Assembly (NCBI GenBank): GCA_016191985.1
Contig: JACPVB010000004.1
Span: forward strand, 1 to 50,633
Direction: 5' to 3'
From: Chloroflexota bacterium
Lineage (GTDB): Bacteria > Chloroflexota > Anaerolineae > Anaerolineales > Villigracilaceae
DNA: 50,633 bases
How positions within the stretch are numbered: the first letter of the stretch is position 1; each line of letters opens with the position of its first letter. The translations under genes were made by a program, and so were the position numbers. The notes beneath the pieces were generated by a model that was given only the letters and a program-made list of their open reading frames with translations, was not told the origin of the DNA and made no database searches. This document shows, one piece after another, positions 1 to 8,924 of this stretch.

Positions 1-2
1 CG

Positions 3-614
3 CTTGCAAACAATCTGGAGGTCATTCAGGACGAGTTGAACGTGAAGCAAGTCCGCTTATTGGACTCGGCCACGGAGGCTGTTTCTCACACGGTAAAGCC
101 GCTGCCCAAGCAATTGGGTCAGAAGTATGGCAATAAATTCCCTGCCATTCAAAAGGCGATCCTTGCAATGAATGCAGAAGAAGTGGCAAAGACTTTTGTT
201 GCTGGAAATACACTTGAAGTGAAAGCTGGCGGCGAAACCTATCAGGTTGTTTCGGAGGAAGTGGAGGTGAAGGCGCTCGCGAGGGAAGGTTTTGCGGTTG
301 CCGAAGATGGCGCGTACGTTGCCGCCCTCGTCACGGACTTGACTCCCGAACTTGCGGCGGAGGGCCTCGCGCGCGAATTTCTCCGCCGCGTGCAGGACTT
401 GCGCAAGGCCGCCAACCTGGACGTTGCCGATCGTGTGGAACTGTTCGTCGAAGCAAGCGCAGGCCTCAGGTCCGCGGTAGAGGCGCACGAGTCTTACATC
501 AAAGCGGAAACGCTTGCCACAAAATTATCCTTTGCGAATCCGCCCGAAAATTCATCTGTTGTTGAAGATGAGTTTGACGGAGAAAAAGTGAAGGTTGGAC
601 TTGTGAAAGCGTAG
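3..614 (+). CDS. ileS: Isoleucyl-tRNA synthetase, C-terminal part (5'-truncated by window edge)
   Basis: The frame is open from position 3 (LANNLEVIQDELNVKQ). The DELNVK motif and 'LTPELAAEGLAREFLRRVQDLRKAANLDVADR' are typical of the type-2 IleRS C-terminus. Confidence 0.9.
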   Translation, partial: LANNLEVIQDELNVKQVRLLDSATEAVSHTVKPLPKQLGQKYGNKFPAIQKAILAMNAEEVAKTFVAGNTLEVKAGGETYQVVSEEVEVKALAREGFAVAEDGAYVAALVTDLTPELAAEGLAREFLRRVQDLRKAANLDVADRVELFVEASAGLRSAVEAHESYIKAETLATKLSFANPPENSSVVEDEFDGEKVKVGLVKA

Positions 615-636
615 TTCAGAAAGCAGAATGCAAAAG

Positions 637-675
637 GCAGACTTCGGTAGAGGAAACTCCCGAAGTCTGTTTTAA
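637..675 (+). terminator. Intrinsic terminator after ileS
   Basis: Stem CAGACTTCGG (638-647) / CCGAAGTCTG (660-669), followed by a T-run. Confidence 0.7.
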
Positions 676-690
676 TTTATATAATACCCA

Positions 691-740
691 CGGTCAAAAA
701 TTGCGCTTTCCCGCTTCTAAAAAGGCGCAATTTGTGACCG
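691..740. repeat. Long imperfect inverted repeat (hairpin)
   Basis: CGGTCAAAAATTGCGCTTT ... AAAGGCGCAATTTGTGACCG. Confidence 0.6.
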
Positions 741-753
741 CGCTGAGTATAAT

Positions 754-908
754 TAACTCACCTTACGCAGCCACCCTCAAAGGATTGGTTCCCTGGGTAG
801 AACATTTAACGCGAGGCGTAAAGGTGCAAAGAGGATCAAAGCTTCGCGTCCTTGCGTCTTGGCGTTAAAATTTTCGACAAGAAGTTCGTCTGTGCGTAAG
901 GTGCGTTA
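754..908. mobile_element. MITE-like element, copy 1 (~155 bp) with internal REP-like palindrome
   Basis: Terminal inverted repeats TAACTCACCTTACGCA ... TGCGTAAGGTGCGTTA. Homologous along its length to the inverted copy at 14138-14295. Confidence 0.75.
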
Positions 909-970
909 TTAAACCTACCTGTTTACCGTGTACGTGTTTCCTTTTTTGCTTTCACAGTTAAAGGATAATC

Positions 971-1696
971 ATGCCAACTTCTGTAATTTCAGAAAACAAA
1001 CCAAATCTTCTCCGCGTGGTTGCCGCGTGGGGAGTGCACCTTTTTACTGCCACCGGCGCGGTATGGGGATTGCTGGCGATCCTCGCCATTTTCGAGCAAA
1101 ACTGGCGCATGATGATCATCTGGATGATCGTTGCCATGCTGGTGGACGGTTTCGATGGAATGCTGGCGCGCTGGGCGGATGTAAAAAAATATGCCAATGG
1201 AATTGACGGCGCGTTGCTAGACAATATTCTCGATTACGTCAACTATGTGCTTGTGCCCGCCATCTTTTTGATCGAAGCGGATGTGCTGCCTGCAGAGGTT
1301 CGTTTGCTGGGCGCGTGTTCCATCCTGTTGACCTCGGCATATCAGTTTACGCAGGTCGACGCAAAAACGGACGACCATCATTTCAAGGGATTCCCATCTT
1401 ATTGGAACGTCGCCGCCTTGTACATGCTTTTGATGAATCTGCCGCAGTGGGTAAATTTTGGTTTTCTGATGTTGTTCAACGTGATGGTCTTCATCCCGAT
1501 CAAATATATTTACCCCACACGAAATACTTTTTTGCGAACCCTGACGCTTGCCCTGACCTATCTTTACGGTGCGATTGGAATTTGGGGGTTGATTCAATAT
1601 CCCAACCAGCCGCGGTGGGTGGCCTGGGCGTCACTCATTTATGTGGCCTATTACATTATCTTGAGCATTATCCCAAAGAAACCCCATGCAAATTGA
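971..1696 (+). CDS. pcs: Phosphatidylcholine synthase (CDP-alcohol phosphatidyltransferase family)
   Basis: VHLFTATG, the CDP-alcohol motif DGFDGMLAR...DGALLDNILD, and KTDDHHFKGFPSYWN typical of Pcs; multiple TM helices. Confidence 0.8.
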   Translation: MPTSVISENKPNLLRVVAAWGVHLFTATGAVWGLLAILAIFEQNWRMMIIWMIVAMLVDGFDGMLARWADVKKYANGIDGALLDNILDYVNYVLVPAIFLIEADVLPAEVRLLGACSILLTSAYQFTQVDAKTDDHHFKGFPSYWNVAALYMLLMNLPQWVNFGFLMLFNVMVFIPIKYIYPTRNTFLRTLTLALTYLYGAIGIWGLIQYPNQPRWVAWASLIYVAYYIILSIIPKKPHAN

Positions 1697-2132
1697 CATT
1701 GTCACCGCCGCGGATGAGGAATTGTACGAAGCCTTCCAACGCCTCGTCCCGCAATTGACGGATAACAACCCGCCTCCTTCTCTGGACGATTTAACTGCTC
1801 TCGTCCGAGATTCATCGTCCACGCTGATGGTGGCTCGCAACGAGAATGACGACATCGTTGGCGCGTTGACTCTCGCCGTCTACCGTGTGCCAACGGGCGT
1901 CCGCTCCGTGATCGAAGATGTGATCATGGATATCTCCGCTCGCGGCGAGGGCATCGGTGAAGCCTTGATGCTGCGAGCCATCGAAGTTGCGCGCGAAAAA
2001 GGCGCAGGCAACATTTCGCTCACCTCCAATTCCATGCGAGTGGCGGCGAATAAATTGTATTTGCGGGTCGGATTCTCAAAGAGGGAAACGAATGTATATT
2101 CCTATGCTTTGAATAAAAATTCTAATCAATGA
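1686..2132 (+). CDS. GNAT family N-acetyltransferase
   Basis: IEDVIMD..ARGEGIGEALM acetyl-CoA motif A; ANKLYLRVGF. Confidence 0.9.
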   Translation: MQIDIVTAADEELYEAFQRLVPQLTDNNPPPSLDDLTALVRDSSSTLMVARNENDDIVGALTLAVYRVPTGVRSVIEDVIMDISARGEGIGEALMLRAIEVAREKGAGNISLTSNSMRVAANKLYLRVGFSKRETNVYSYALNKNSNQ

Positions 2133-2348
2133 ATCCGTTGGATGAAGTGGGCAGGATAAAGAATAAAAATAGAAGAAACAACCAGCTTGTTGTCATAATG
2201 AACATCCAGTTCAATAAATGCCCTGTTCCTGTGTTTTATTATCAGTACTTCACGAAAAACTCTGGAATCGGGCAGCTTGCTGCCCAAAATTCCCATCAGC
2301 ACCCACAGGGCAAGTGAGCTGATGGAGTCCAGAATCGTGATCTACTGA

Positions 2349-3029
2349 TTATCCTTTCTTTTCAAATTTTAGAAATTGCCTCGTCGCCTTGCTCATATCG
2401 TTGTACTCGCCGCGGTATTCTTCGGGGAGCAGTTTCGCCAACTCATACATCATCTCATCCACAATTTGCTGGCGAACTTCGCCCGTCACTTTCACGCCAT
2501 CGACATTGATCTTGAACGGCTCTCCAATGCGGATGTGAAAATCCGTGCGTTTTAATCGTTTCAAATTTTTGAGATACACCTCGCCGCCCCAATGGGCAAC
2601 CGGGATGATGGGCGCTTTTGAGTGAAGCGCAATGATCACCGTCCCTGGCAGGGCGCGGATGAGTTGGCCCGTTTTATTGCGCGTCCCTTCGGGGGCAAGC
2701 CCGAAGATTTTTCCTTCCTCAAGCGCCCTCAACGCCAGCTTGAGCGCTTTCATATCCGCTTCGCCGCGGCGGACAGGAATAATGCCCCAGACACCGAAGA
2801 CCCAATTGAGGAACCAATTGTCCCATGCCTCCACTTTTGCCCAGCCCGTAAGCTGGCGGGGTTGCAAGTGCGCGAATAACATCGGCACTTCAATCTGTCC
2901 CGTGTGATTTGCGATAACGATCAACGGGCCATGGGTGGGAAATTTTTGCAAACCGGGCGCATCGATGCGGCAGGTGATGCGGGTGTACACGCGAATAATT
3001 AAATTGATAAATCGGTGGGTGAAATTCAT
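2349..3029 (-). CDS. Lysophospholipid (1-acyl-glycerol-3-phosphate) acyltransferase family protein
   Basis: ANHTGQIE (HxxxxD-like with E) and APEGTR motifs of the PlsC family. Confidence 0.88.
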   Translation of the reverse strand: MNFTHRFINLIIRVYTRITCRIDAPGLQKFPTHGPLIVIANHTGQIEVPMLFAHLQPRQLTGWAKVEAWDNWFLNWVFGVWGIIPVRRGEADMKALKLALRALEEGKIFGLAPEGTRNKTGQLIRALPGTVIIALHSKAPIIPVAHWGGEVYLKNLKRLKRTDFHIRIGEPFKINVDGVKVTGEVRQQIVDEMMYELAKLLPEEYRGEYNDMSKATRQFLKFEKKG

Positions 3030-3037
3030 AGATTGAT

Positions 3038-3958
3038 TCAGGCGCAGATAATTTCAAGTTCTTTTGGCAGCAATTCCAAAGTCAGGTGAGAGCCGTTGAG
3101 GCAGATGAATTCCCCATCCGCGTGGGCGGGGAAGGTCATATCCAGGGATTTGATCGAAACAGTTTTTGCCTGCTTCATCTGGATTTCGGGCAAGGCGGCC
3201 TGCGTCCCTTTGATGAAATATGGGATCATTCGCAGGATGCGTCCCTTGGATGCGGTTTCCGCAATGCACAGGTCGAAGAGACCATCATCGGGATGGCTTT
3301 CGGGAGCCATTTGAAAACCGCCGCCCATACGCCTGCCGTTCATCACCGAGATCATCAGCGAAACCTGTTTAATGGTTTCGTGATCGTCCAAAATAATTTC
3401 AACTTGCGCGGGATTGTAATAGAGGAAAACAGTCTTGATCACGCCAATGAGGTAAGCCAGCAGCCCGCGCGTCCAGCGGACTTTGATGGCTTCGTTGCCA
3501 ACCGCCGCATCAAAACCGACGCCGATGCCGTTTCCAAAATACCTGCCTTCGGGATAATCGCCACCCTTCACCAGGCCGAGGTCAATTTTTTTGCGTTTGT
3601 TTTCCTTCAAGGCTTTCAGGCCATCGTGCAAATTGGTGGGGATGCCCGTGCCGCCCGCAAAATCGTTGCCGGTTCCAATTCCCAAAACGGTGAAGACAGA
3701 TTTATCGTGACCATCCTTGCGCGCGCGCATGATACCGTTGATGGCCTCATTGACCGTGCCATCACCGCTGGCGCATACGATCACATCGTATCCGTCGCGC
3801 GCGGCGCCCTCGGCCAATTCCGCGGCGTGCCATACCCGCTCGGTTTTCACAAGCGTAAAATCCAGCCCGTACGCTTGCAGGCTGGATTCGATTTGCGGAA
3901 TTGATTTTTCACCAAGCCCGCGGCCTGATGTTGGATTGACAATGACAAAATATTTCAT
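3038..3958 (-). CDS. Diacylglycerol/lipid kinase family protein (YegS/DagK-like)
   Basis: VNPTSG, SGDGTVNE, GTGNDFA, GVGFDA, GGGF and HADGE motifs. Confidence 0.92.
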   Translation of the reverse strand: MKYFVIVNPTSGRGLGEKSIPQIESSLQAYGLDFTLVKTERVWHAAELAEGAARDGYDVIVCASGDGTVNEAINGIMRARKDGHDKSVFTVLGIGTGNDFAGGTGIPTNLHDGLKALKENKRKKIDLGLVKGGDYPEGRYFGNGIGVGFDAAVGNEAIKVRWTRGLLAYLIGVIKTVFLYYNPAQVEIILDDHETIKQVSLMISVMNGRRMGGGFQMAPESHPDDGLFDLCIAETASKGRILRMIPYFIKGTQAALPEIQMKQAKTVSIKSLDMTFPAHADGEFICLNGSHLTLELLPKELEIICA

Positions 3959-4020
3959 GTACCGCTCCCAGTGTGGAATGGGGCGAGTTTATCTTTTGTA
4001 AGGCCGCTTGTCAATCTGTA

Positions 4021-4599
4021 TCATGTTTTGTGTTTTATGTAATCTTCGGGGGTATCCAGGTCCGCAAGCACGCTGGGGGTATCGACATTTATATAATGGA
4101 TTTTGCGGGTATTTTTTTTCAAAAAATCCCGCGGTGTTTTTGGCGGCTTCATCGCCAGCAATTCATTCCAAAGGGGTCGCGCAACCAGCCAGGGATGTCC
4201 GCGCCGCATTTGATAGCTTGGGACAACGATCTGGGATTTGCTCGTGAGGAACGCATTGCAGATGTACCGCACGCTTCTTTCTTCGACCTGGGGCTGGTCG
4301 CCGAGACAAATGAGCGCGGCGCTCGCCTCGCGCATTTTCTCCGCCAAACCCGTCTGTATGGAACTGAGCATTTCGTCCGTTTCATAGGCATGATTAAATA
4401 CTGTTTGAACGGTTTTTCCGACAAGCATTTCCACCTGCTCCCGCGCTCCACCTGTGACCACGAGAATATCGTTGACGCCCGCAGCTTGAATGGTGGAAAT
4501 CACAGTTTGTAGCACCGTGCTTTTGCCCCACGGCATGAGCATTTTCGGCTGTCCCATCCTTTTGGATTCGCCCGCGGCCAGAACAATGGCCGTGATCAT
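4021..4599 (-). CDS. mocA: Molybdenum cofactor cytidylyltransferase-like nucleotidyltransferase (MocA/YgfJ family)
   Basis: IVLAAGESKRMGQPK, LGDQP, RRGHP and DLDTPEDY motifs. Confidence 0.85.
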   Translation of the reverse strand: MITAIVLAAGESKRMGQPKMLMPWGKSTVLQTVISTIQAAGVNDILVVTGGAREQVEMLVGKTVQTVFNHAYETDEMLSSIQTGLAEKMREASAALICLGDQPQVEERSVRYICNAFLTSKSQIVVPSYQMRRGHPWLVARPLWNELLAMKPPKTPRDFLKKNTRKIHYINVDTPSVLADLDTPEDYIKHKT

Positions 4600-4608
4600 G
4601 AATTGCCT

Positions 4609-5931
4609 TTAATTTTTTTCATTTTCAACCAATCTTTGATAGTCTTCTGGTTTGTCGACATCCAGTAATAAGATATCGTCATGCCAGGGCATGTATTCTA
4701 CTTTGTATTTCGAGAAAATTGCCCGCCCGCCGATGTCGCCTGTCAATTGCAGGAGATCGGGGAAGGTGACACGGTCAAAAAGCACGGGGTTGGCGCGGCG
4801 CTCTTCGAGGACAAGGGGCGCGATGACGGCCTGCAATTCCTTCGCGTGAGCTTCTGTCAATGCACGGATGACTGCGCCAGGGATTTGGGGCTGGTCAGAT
4901 AATAAAAATACTGCGGCTCCCACACTCTTTGGCAATGCTTCCACTCCAGTTTTTATCGAGGTACTTTGTCCCTGCTTAAATTCAGGGTTATGGACGATGC
5001 TGACGGGCAGGTCTTTTAAACAGGATTCTATGTCAGCGGCGTAAGCGCCAGTGACGACCACCACAGGCCAAAGTCCCGTTTGAAGCGCGGTTTCGGCGAT
5101 GTGCCGCACAAAGGGTTTTCCCTTCCAATCCAGCAATTGTTTTGGCGAACCATAGCGAGTCGCTTCACCGGCGGCGAGAATAATCCCCGCCGTGTGTTCG
5201 ATGGTGCGGAACGAATTTTGCTGCAACGACCCAACGATCACAGAATCGAATTGATTTAATAATTCGCGTGCCATGCCTCCGCCGATGGATTGCAATTCAG
5301 GCGTGTCGGCCTGGTTGAGAAATGCAATTCGCCGCGCATGAGCGGGAATATTTTTCAACCCGCCTTGTGAATGGGTGAGGGTGGCAATAATTTCTTTGGG
5401 TGTGATTGGTTGACCAGCTCGCAGGCCGCAAAGCTGGGAAAAAATTTCGGAGCGGTGAACATGCTCCTCTGTCAGCGGTTTGCCGATGGCGGATAGCCCA
5501 GCAACCACAATCACAGTCTCCGTAAATTCCGGGATGGGCGGCTCGTGCGGCGCGGGCGCTTTGAGCGGCTTTTGACGTGAGCCATCCGCCTCAACAAACA
5601 GGAAGATGCCGCGTTTCTTCGATTCTTCGCGTAGCCAATAGAGTATTTCGTTAGTTACAGGGCTAGTTCTATCACTTTTGATCTCACCAGTGATCAGCAC
5701 CACACCAGCGTTTGGTAAATTACTTAAATCCTCCGTGCTTCTGGCGATGATATGGTGGTCGGCGAGCGGAATTTGCCAGAGGCCGAGGTGGGAAGTTGCT
5801 GTGACGATGCATGGCTGCAATTGGCGCGCAAGCTGAAACAGCGCAGTGGATTTTCCACCCGCGCCGACCAGGCTGACGGTCCGATTTGAGGCGGTGAGGG
5901 CTGCGAGCCGAAGCGCGTGTGCGAATTCCAT
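4609..5931 (-). CDS. yqeC: Selenium cofactor biosynthesis protein YqeC fused to a MocA-like nucleotidyltransferase
   Basis: N-terminal VGAGGKST and VEADGSRQKPLKAPAPHEPPIP (YqeC); C-terminal ILAAGEATRYGSPKQLL...DQP...DVDKPEDY (MocA). Start placed at ATG 5931 because TACAAT lies 6 nt upstream; alternative start 5949. Confidence 0.87.
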   Translation of the reverse strand: MEFAHALRLAALTASNRTVSLVGAGGKSTALFQLARQLQPCIVTATSHLGLWQIPLADHHIIARSTEDLSNLPNAGVVLITGEIKSDRTSPVTNEILYWLREESKKRGIFLFVEADGSRQKPLKAPAPHEPPIPEFTETVIVVAGLSAIGKPLTEEHVHRSEIFSQLCGLRAGQPITPKEIIATLTHSQGGLKNIPAHARRIAFLNQADTPELQSIGGGMARELLNQFDSVIVGSLQQNSFRTIEHTAGIILAAGEATRYGSPKQLLDWKGKPFVRHIAETALQTGLWPVVVVTGAYAADIESCLKDLPVSIVHNPEFKQGQSTSIKTGVEALPKSVGAAVFLLSDQPQIPGAVIRALTEAHAKELQAVIAPLVLEERRANPVLFDRVTFPDLLQLTGDIGGRAIFSKYKVEYMPWHDDILLLDVDKPEDYQRLVENEKN

Positions 5932-5937
5932 CCCGCA

Positions 5938-5943
5938 ATTGTA
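5938..5943 (-). promoter_or_regulatory. Putative -10 box of a leaderless yqeC transcript
   Basis: TACAAT-N6-ATG on the minus strand, with no Shine-Dalgarno. Confidence 0.45.
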
Positions 5944-5968
5944 AGTCATATTTGCAATGAAATTTTCT

Positions 5969-5996
5969 TTGGCATTTTTGCAAAGAATCGTATAAT
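5969..5996 (+). promoter_or_regulatory. Putative sigma70 promoter for the response regulator
   Basis: TTGGCA-N16-TATAAT. Confidence 0.45.
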
Positions 5997-6054
5997 CAAC
6001 CCATATTGTTTTCGTGTAATTTTTCTTTTGTGATGAAAGTTAAAGGCGTATCTC

Positions 6055-6951
6055 ATGGACAAACCGGTTGCATTGATCGTTGAGGATGACCGCGACATTG
6101 TCGCGTTGTTCCGTCACGTGTTGGACATCGCAGGCTATCATACTGAGATTGTCATGCACGGCATAGAAGCCATGGAACGCCTTGAGATATTGCTGCCCAA
6201 TATCGTCCTGTTGGATTTGCAATTACCGGGTATGTCGGGCGTGGAAATCTTAAAGCGAATGCGCGCGGATGAGCGCATGAGCCGCATCCCTGTAGTGGTC
6301 ATCACCGCCTATGCTGTCTATGCAGACAGCCTGCCCGTGGAGCCTGATTTGCTTTTGATGAAGCCGGTGGATATCAATCAACTGAGCAGCCTTGTGCAGC
6401 GCCTGCAAGCCACGCAGGGAGCCATGCGCGAACCCGCCCATGATAAGGTGACCGGGCTTTATACCTTTTCCTTTTTTACGGTGCGGCTTGCATTTTCACT
6501 GGAACGGATTAAACAAAGCGGACTGCGTCGTTTTGGGGTTTTGTTTGCCGATGTGGCCCAGGCCGCATTATTGAAGAAGCAGATGAGCGAGGAGGAGTTG
6601 ACCGTGTTTTACCGCAAGCTGGCAGACCAGTTCAAAGTGACGCTTCGGCCTACGGACACCATGGCCTGGTCGCCGTCCGATGGAGTATTCCTTACCCTGA
6701 TTGAGGATATTCCCAACCCCGAAGCACCCCTTCGGATTGCAGGTCGCGTGCGAGACAGCATGAAGAAGTTTCTCGAAAATAACGATCAGGGACTTGGCCT
6801 GCGTGTCAACCTGGGAGTGCTGCTCTGCGATGAGGATTACGAAGATATTCAGAAAATCCTGCAGGATATTCAACACGCCCGTATCCTGCTGCAAGACCGT
6901 CAATACACCAGCCCGGCAATCTTTGACAGGGAAATGATTGGACGAAATTAA
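6055..6951 (+). CDS. Response regulator with receiver domain and degenerate GGDEF domain
   Basis: IVEDD, LLDLQLPGMSG, ITA and KPV receiver motifs. The C-terminal DKVTGL...LRPTDTMAWSPSDGVF follows the GGDEF fold but lacks GGDEF. Confidence 0.85.
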   Translation: MDKPVALIVEDDRDIVALFRHVLDIAGYHTEIVMHGIEAMERLEILLPNIVLLDLQLPGMSGVEILKRMRADERMSRIPVVVITAYAVYADSLPVEPDLLLMKPVDINQLSSLVQRLQATQGAMREPAHDKVTGLYTFSFFTVRLAFSLERIKQSGLRRFGVLFADVAQAALLKKQMSEEELTVFYRKLADQFKVTLRPTDTMAWSPSDGVFLTLIEDIPNPEAPLRIAGRVRDSMKKFLENNDQGLGLRVNLGVLLCDEDYEDIQKILQDIQHARILLQDRQYTSPAIFDREMIGRN

Positions 6952-6970
6952 TTTTGAAACAGGCAAGAAT

Positions 6971-7009
6971 CAAAAGAGACAGCACGCACCAGGCGGCTGC
7001 CTCTTTTTG
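6971..7009 (+). terminator. Probable intrinsic terminator
   Basis: AAAAGAGACAGC ... GCTGCCTCTTTTTG downstream of the stop at 6951. Confidence 0.55.
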
Positions 7010-7154
7010 TTTCAAAAGCCAGTGATTATTATAGCGCAAGGTTGCTCCCTGCGCCGTCCCCGGCGCAGGGCTTGTCTCGCAAACCGCCGCCGCCCACAGG
7101 GTGCTCCGCAAGGGACGGCGGCTTTGAGCCTGAGGTTATTTTGCCGCTACAAAT

Positions 7155-7727
7155 TCACTTCATCAAATTTTCAAACCTGCGGTCTGGAATGAACCACATC
7201 ACCGCGACCAGCACATAAAAGATGGACGCCGCCAGGGTGGAGAAAAAAGCAAGGGGTATGGCAATGGTGTAAAAAGCCAGCGAAAGAATCTCTTTGATAT
7301 TATTCCCAACGGCCACGGCAAGCGGCGAATCCTTTGGGTGGATGGCGAGTAGGGCGCGCACGAGAAAATAATAAGCCAGCCCGGCCATCCACAGGACAAC
7401 CCCGTAGATGGCAACCGGCCCGGACGAAAACCCACTTTCACCCATCCAACTGGTGGAGAACGGCACCAACGACAGCCAGAACAGCAAATGCAGGTTTGTC
7501 CATAACACGGCCCCATTCACTTTGTGGACGGATTGAAACATGTGATGGTGATTATTCCAATAAATTCCGATGAACACGAAGCTCAGCAAATAACTGGCGA
7601 ACACAGGGATCAATGGCAGCAGGGCGGCCGGCTCCGCGCTTTCGGGCGCTTGCAGTTCCAACACCATGATCGTTATGATGATTGCCAAGACCCCGTCGCT
7701 GAAGGCCTCCAAACGTCCCTTGCTCAT
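7155..7727 (-). CDS. TMEM175-family potassium channel (DUF1211)
   Basis: RLEAFSDGVLAIIITIMVLEL signature; YWNNHH; six TM helices. Confidence 0.92.
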   Translation of the reverse strand: MSKGRLEAFSDGVLAIIITIMVLELQAPESAEPAALLPLIPVFASYLLSFVFIGIYWNNHHHMFQSVHKVNGAVLWTNLHLLFWLSLVPFSTSWMGESGFSSGPVAIYGVVLWMAGLAYYFLVRALLAIHPKDSPLAVAVGNNIKEILSLAFYTIAIPLAFFSTLAASIFYVLVAVMWFIPDRRFENLMK

Positions 7728-7976
7728 AGATCACCTTTTATGTTTTACCTTTAATTTCGTGGAATGATTAATGGCGCAAGGATACCGAATCCCTGTTTTC
7801 CTTGCAAGATAGCCGTTTGGGTAGGTGAGTAAGAAGGCCAATCTTTTTCGTTGACACTGCTCGCCACATCGTCCCCGACGCAGAGCAAGTAGGAGGGCAG
7901 GTGCGGTGTAAAAAAGTAAAAGATCGGCGTTTTTCAGCGCGCTTCGCGGTCAGCGTCCTATTGCTTTTAAAAACAT

Positions 7977-8009
7977 ACTCACCCACGAAACATTAATTTC
8001 GGGGTGAGT
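7977..8009. repeat. 33-bp palindrome with MITE-like ends (ACTCACC...GGTGAGT)
   Basis: ACTCACCCACGAAA-CATTAA-TTTCGGGGTGAGT. A further orphan end, AGGTGAGTA, lies at about 7823-7831. Confidence 0.45.
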
Positions 8010-8045
8010 CGTATTTGATTCAGATGGGCGTCACAAAATCAACAT

Positions 8046-8831
8046 TTACGCGAGAGTGAGTGTTTGGAATTTTGGAAACTTTTTAACGATCTTGTTGTAA
8101 ACCGTCGGTGAGATTTTTTGGATGCGATGCAATACTTCCTCTTCCTGCTCGGGATTTGCATTCTGCTTTTTGTTCATCTCGATCTCAAGTTCTTCGAGCA
8201 AATGCTCAAGGTCGTGGGTTTGCTCAGCGTTGAGGGCTGTTTCCCTCCAAACTGCTTCATAAATCGAGTCGAACGGCGATTTCATTTTCACGCCCTGCGC
8301 TGTCAGCCAGTCGTGGACAACAGCGTAGGCCGCCACCGATGAAATGCGCGGCAGCCCATGCTTGCCGTGGATCGGGTTTGCGTCCGGGGTTTCACCGCGC
8401 ACATGCATCCAGTGCATTACGCGGCGCATCTTTTCAGTCATTTCCTCGCGCTGGTCATCCTTCCACTGGATGTGCCCAGGCACAATGATCTCCTTGGTCT
8501 GGCGATAGACCCTTTCAAATGGATCGGCAATGACTTGTTCGTGAATGATAAGCGGTTTGATTGGTTCTCTTCTTTTCCCCGACTTTTTTGCATTCTTGTC
8601 CTTGCGTACACTGGTGGGTACAGGTTTTTGCTTCTTTTCCCTTTCCTTTTCGACCTTCTCGTATGCTTTGATCGCCCTCTTGCCATCTTCTTCAAGTGCG
8701 TTCTTGATCCATTCCTTCACAAAGTCTTCGACGGTGCCTTCAAATTTATCTCGTACCGTCTCAGAAACGTGATGCCTGTACCACGATCTGATCCCACACC
8801 AGATGCGGTTCCGTTGATAGTCGCAACTCAT
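8046..8831 (-). CDS. Hypothetical protein (charged, helical; no family recognised)
   Basis: 261-codon ORF with an AAGGAG RBS before ATG 8831. Confidence 0.7.
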   Translation of the reverse strand: MSCDYQRNRIWCGIRSWYRHHVSETVRDKFEGTVEDFVKEWIKNALEEDGKRAIKAYEKVEKEREKKQKPVPTSVRKDKNAKKSGKRREPIKPLIIHEQVIADPFERVYRQTKEIIVPGHIQWKDDQREEMTEKMRRVMHWMHVRGETPDANPIHGKHGLPRISSVAAYAVVHDWLTAQGVKMKSPFDSIYEAVWRETALNAEQTHDLEHLLEELEIEMNKKQNANPEQEEEVLHRIQKISPTVYNKIVKKFPKFQTLTLA

Positions 8832-8924
8832 GGCTGACTCCTTTCTTTTCATTTCCACTGTTGCCAAATTTATTATTGCACAGTGCATTCTCGAAAACAA
8901 GCAGTCGCCGCGAATTGGACAGGA

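Noticed and set aside
2129-2317. 62-aa ORF after the GNAT gene
   Set aside because: It is short and AT-rich with no recognisable motif, so it cannot be supported as a gene.
7035-7150. GC-rich double hairpin after the TMEM175 gene read as an attC site
   Set aside because: The minus strand has TAAC followed by GCTCAAAGCCG, but the boxes do not fit RYYYAAC/GTTRRRY and the right arm is missing. It may be a terminator or repeat remnant.
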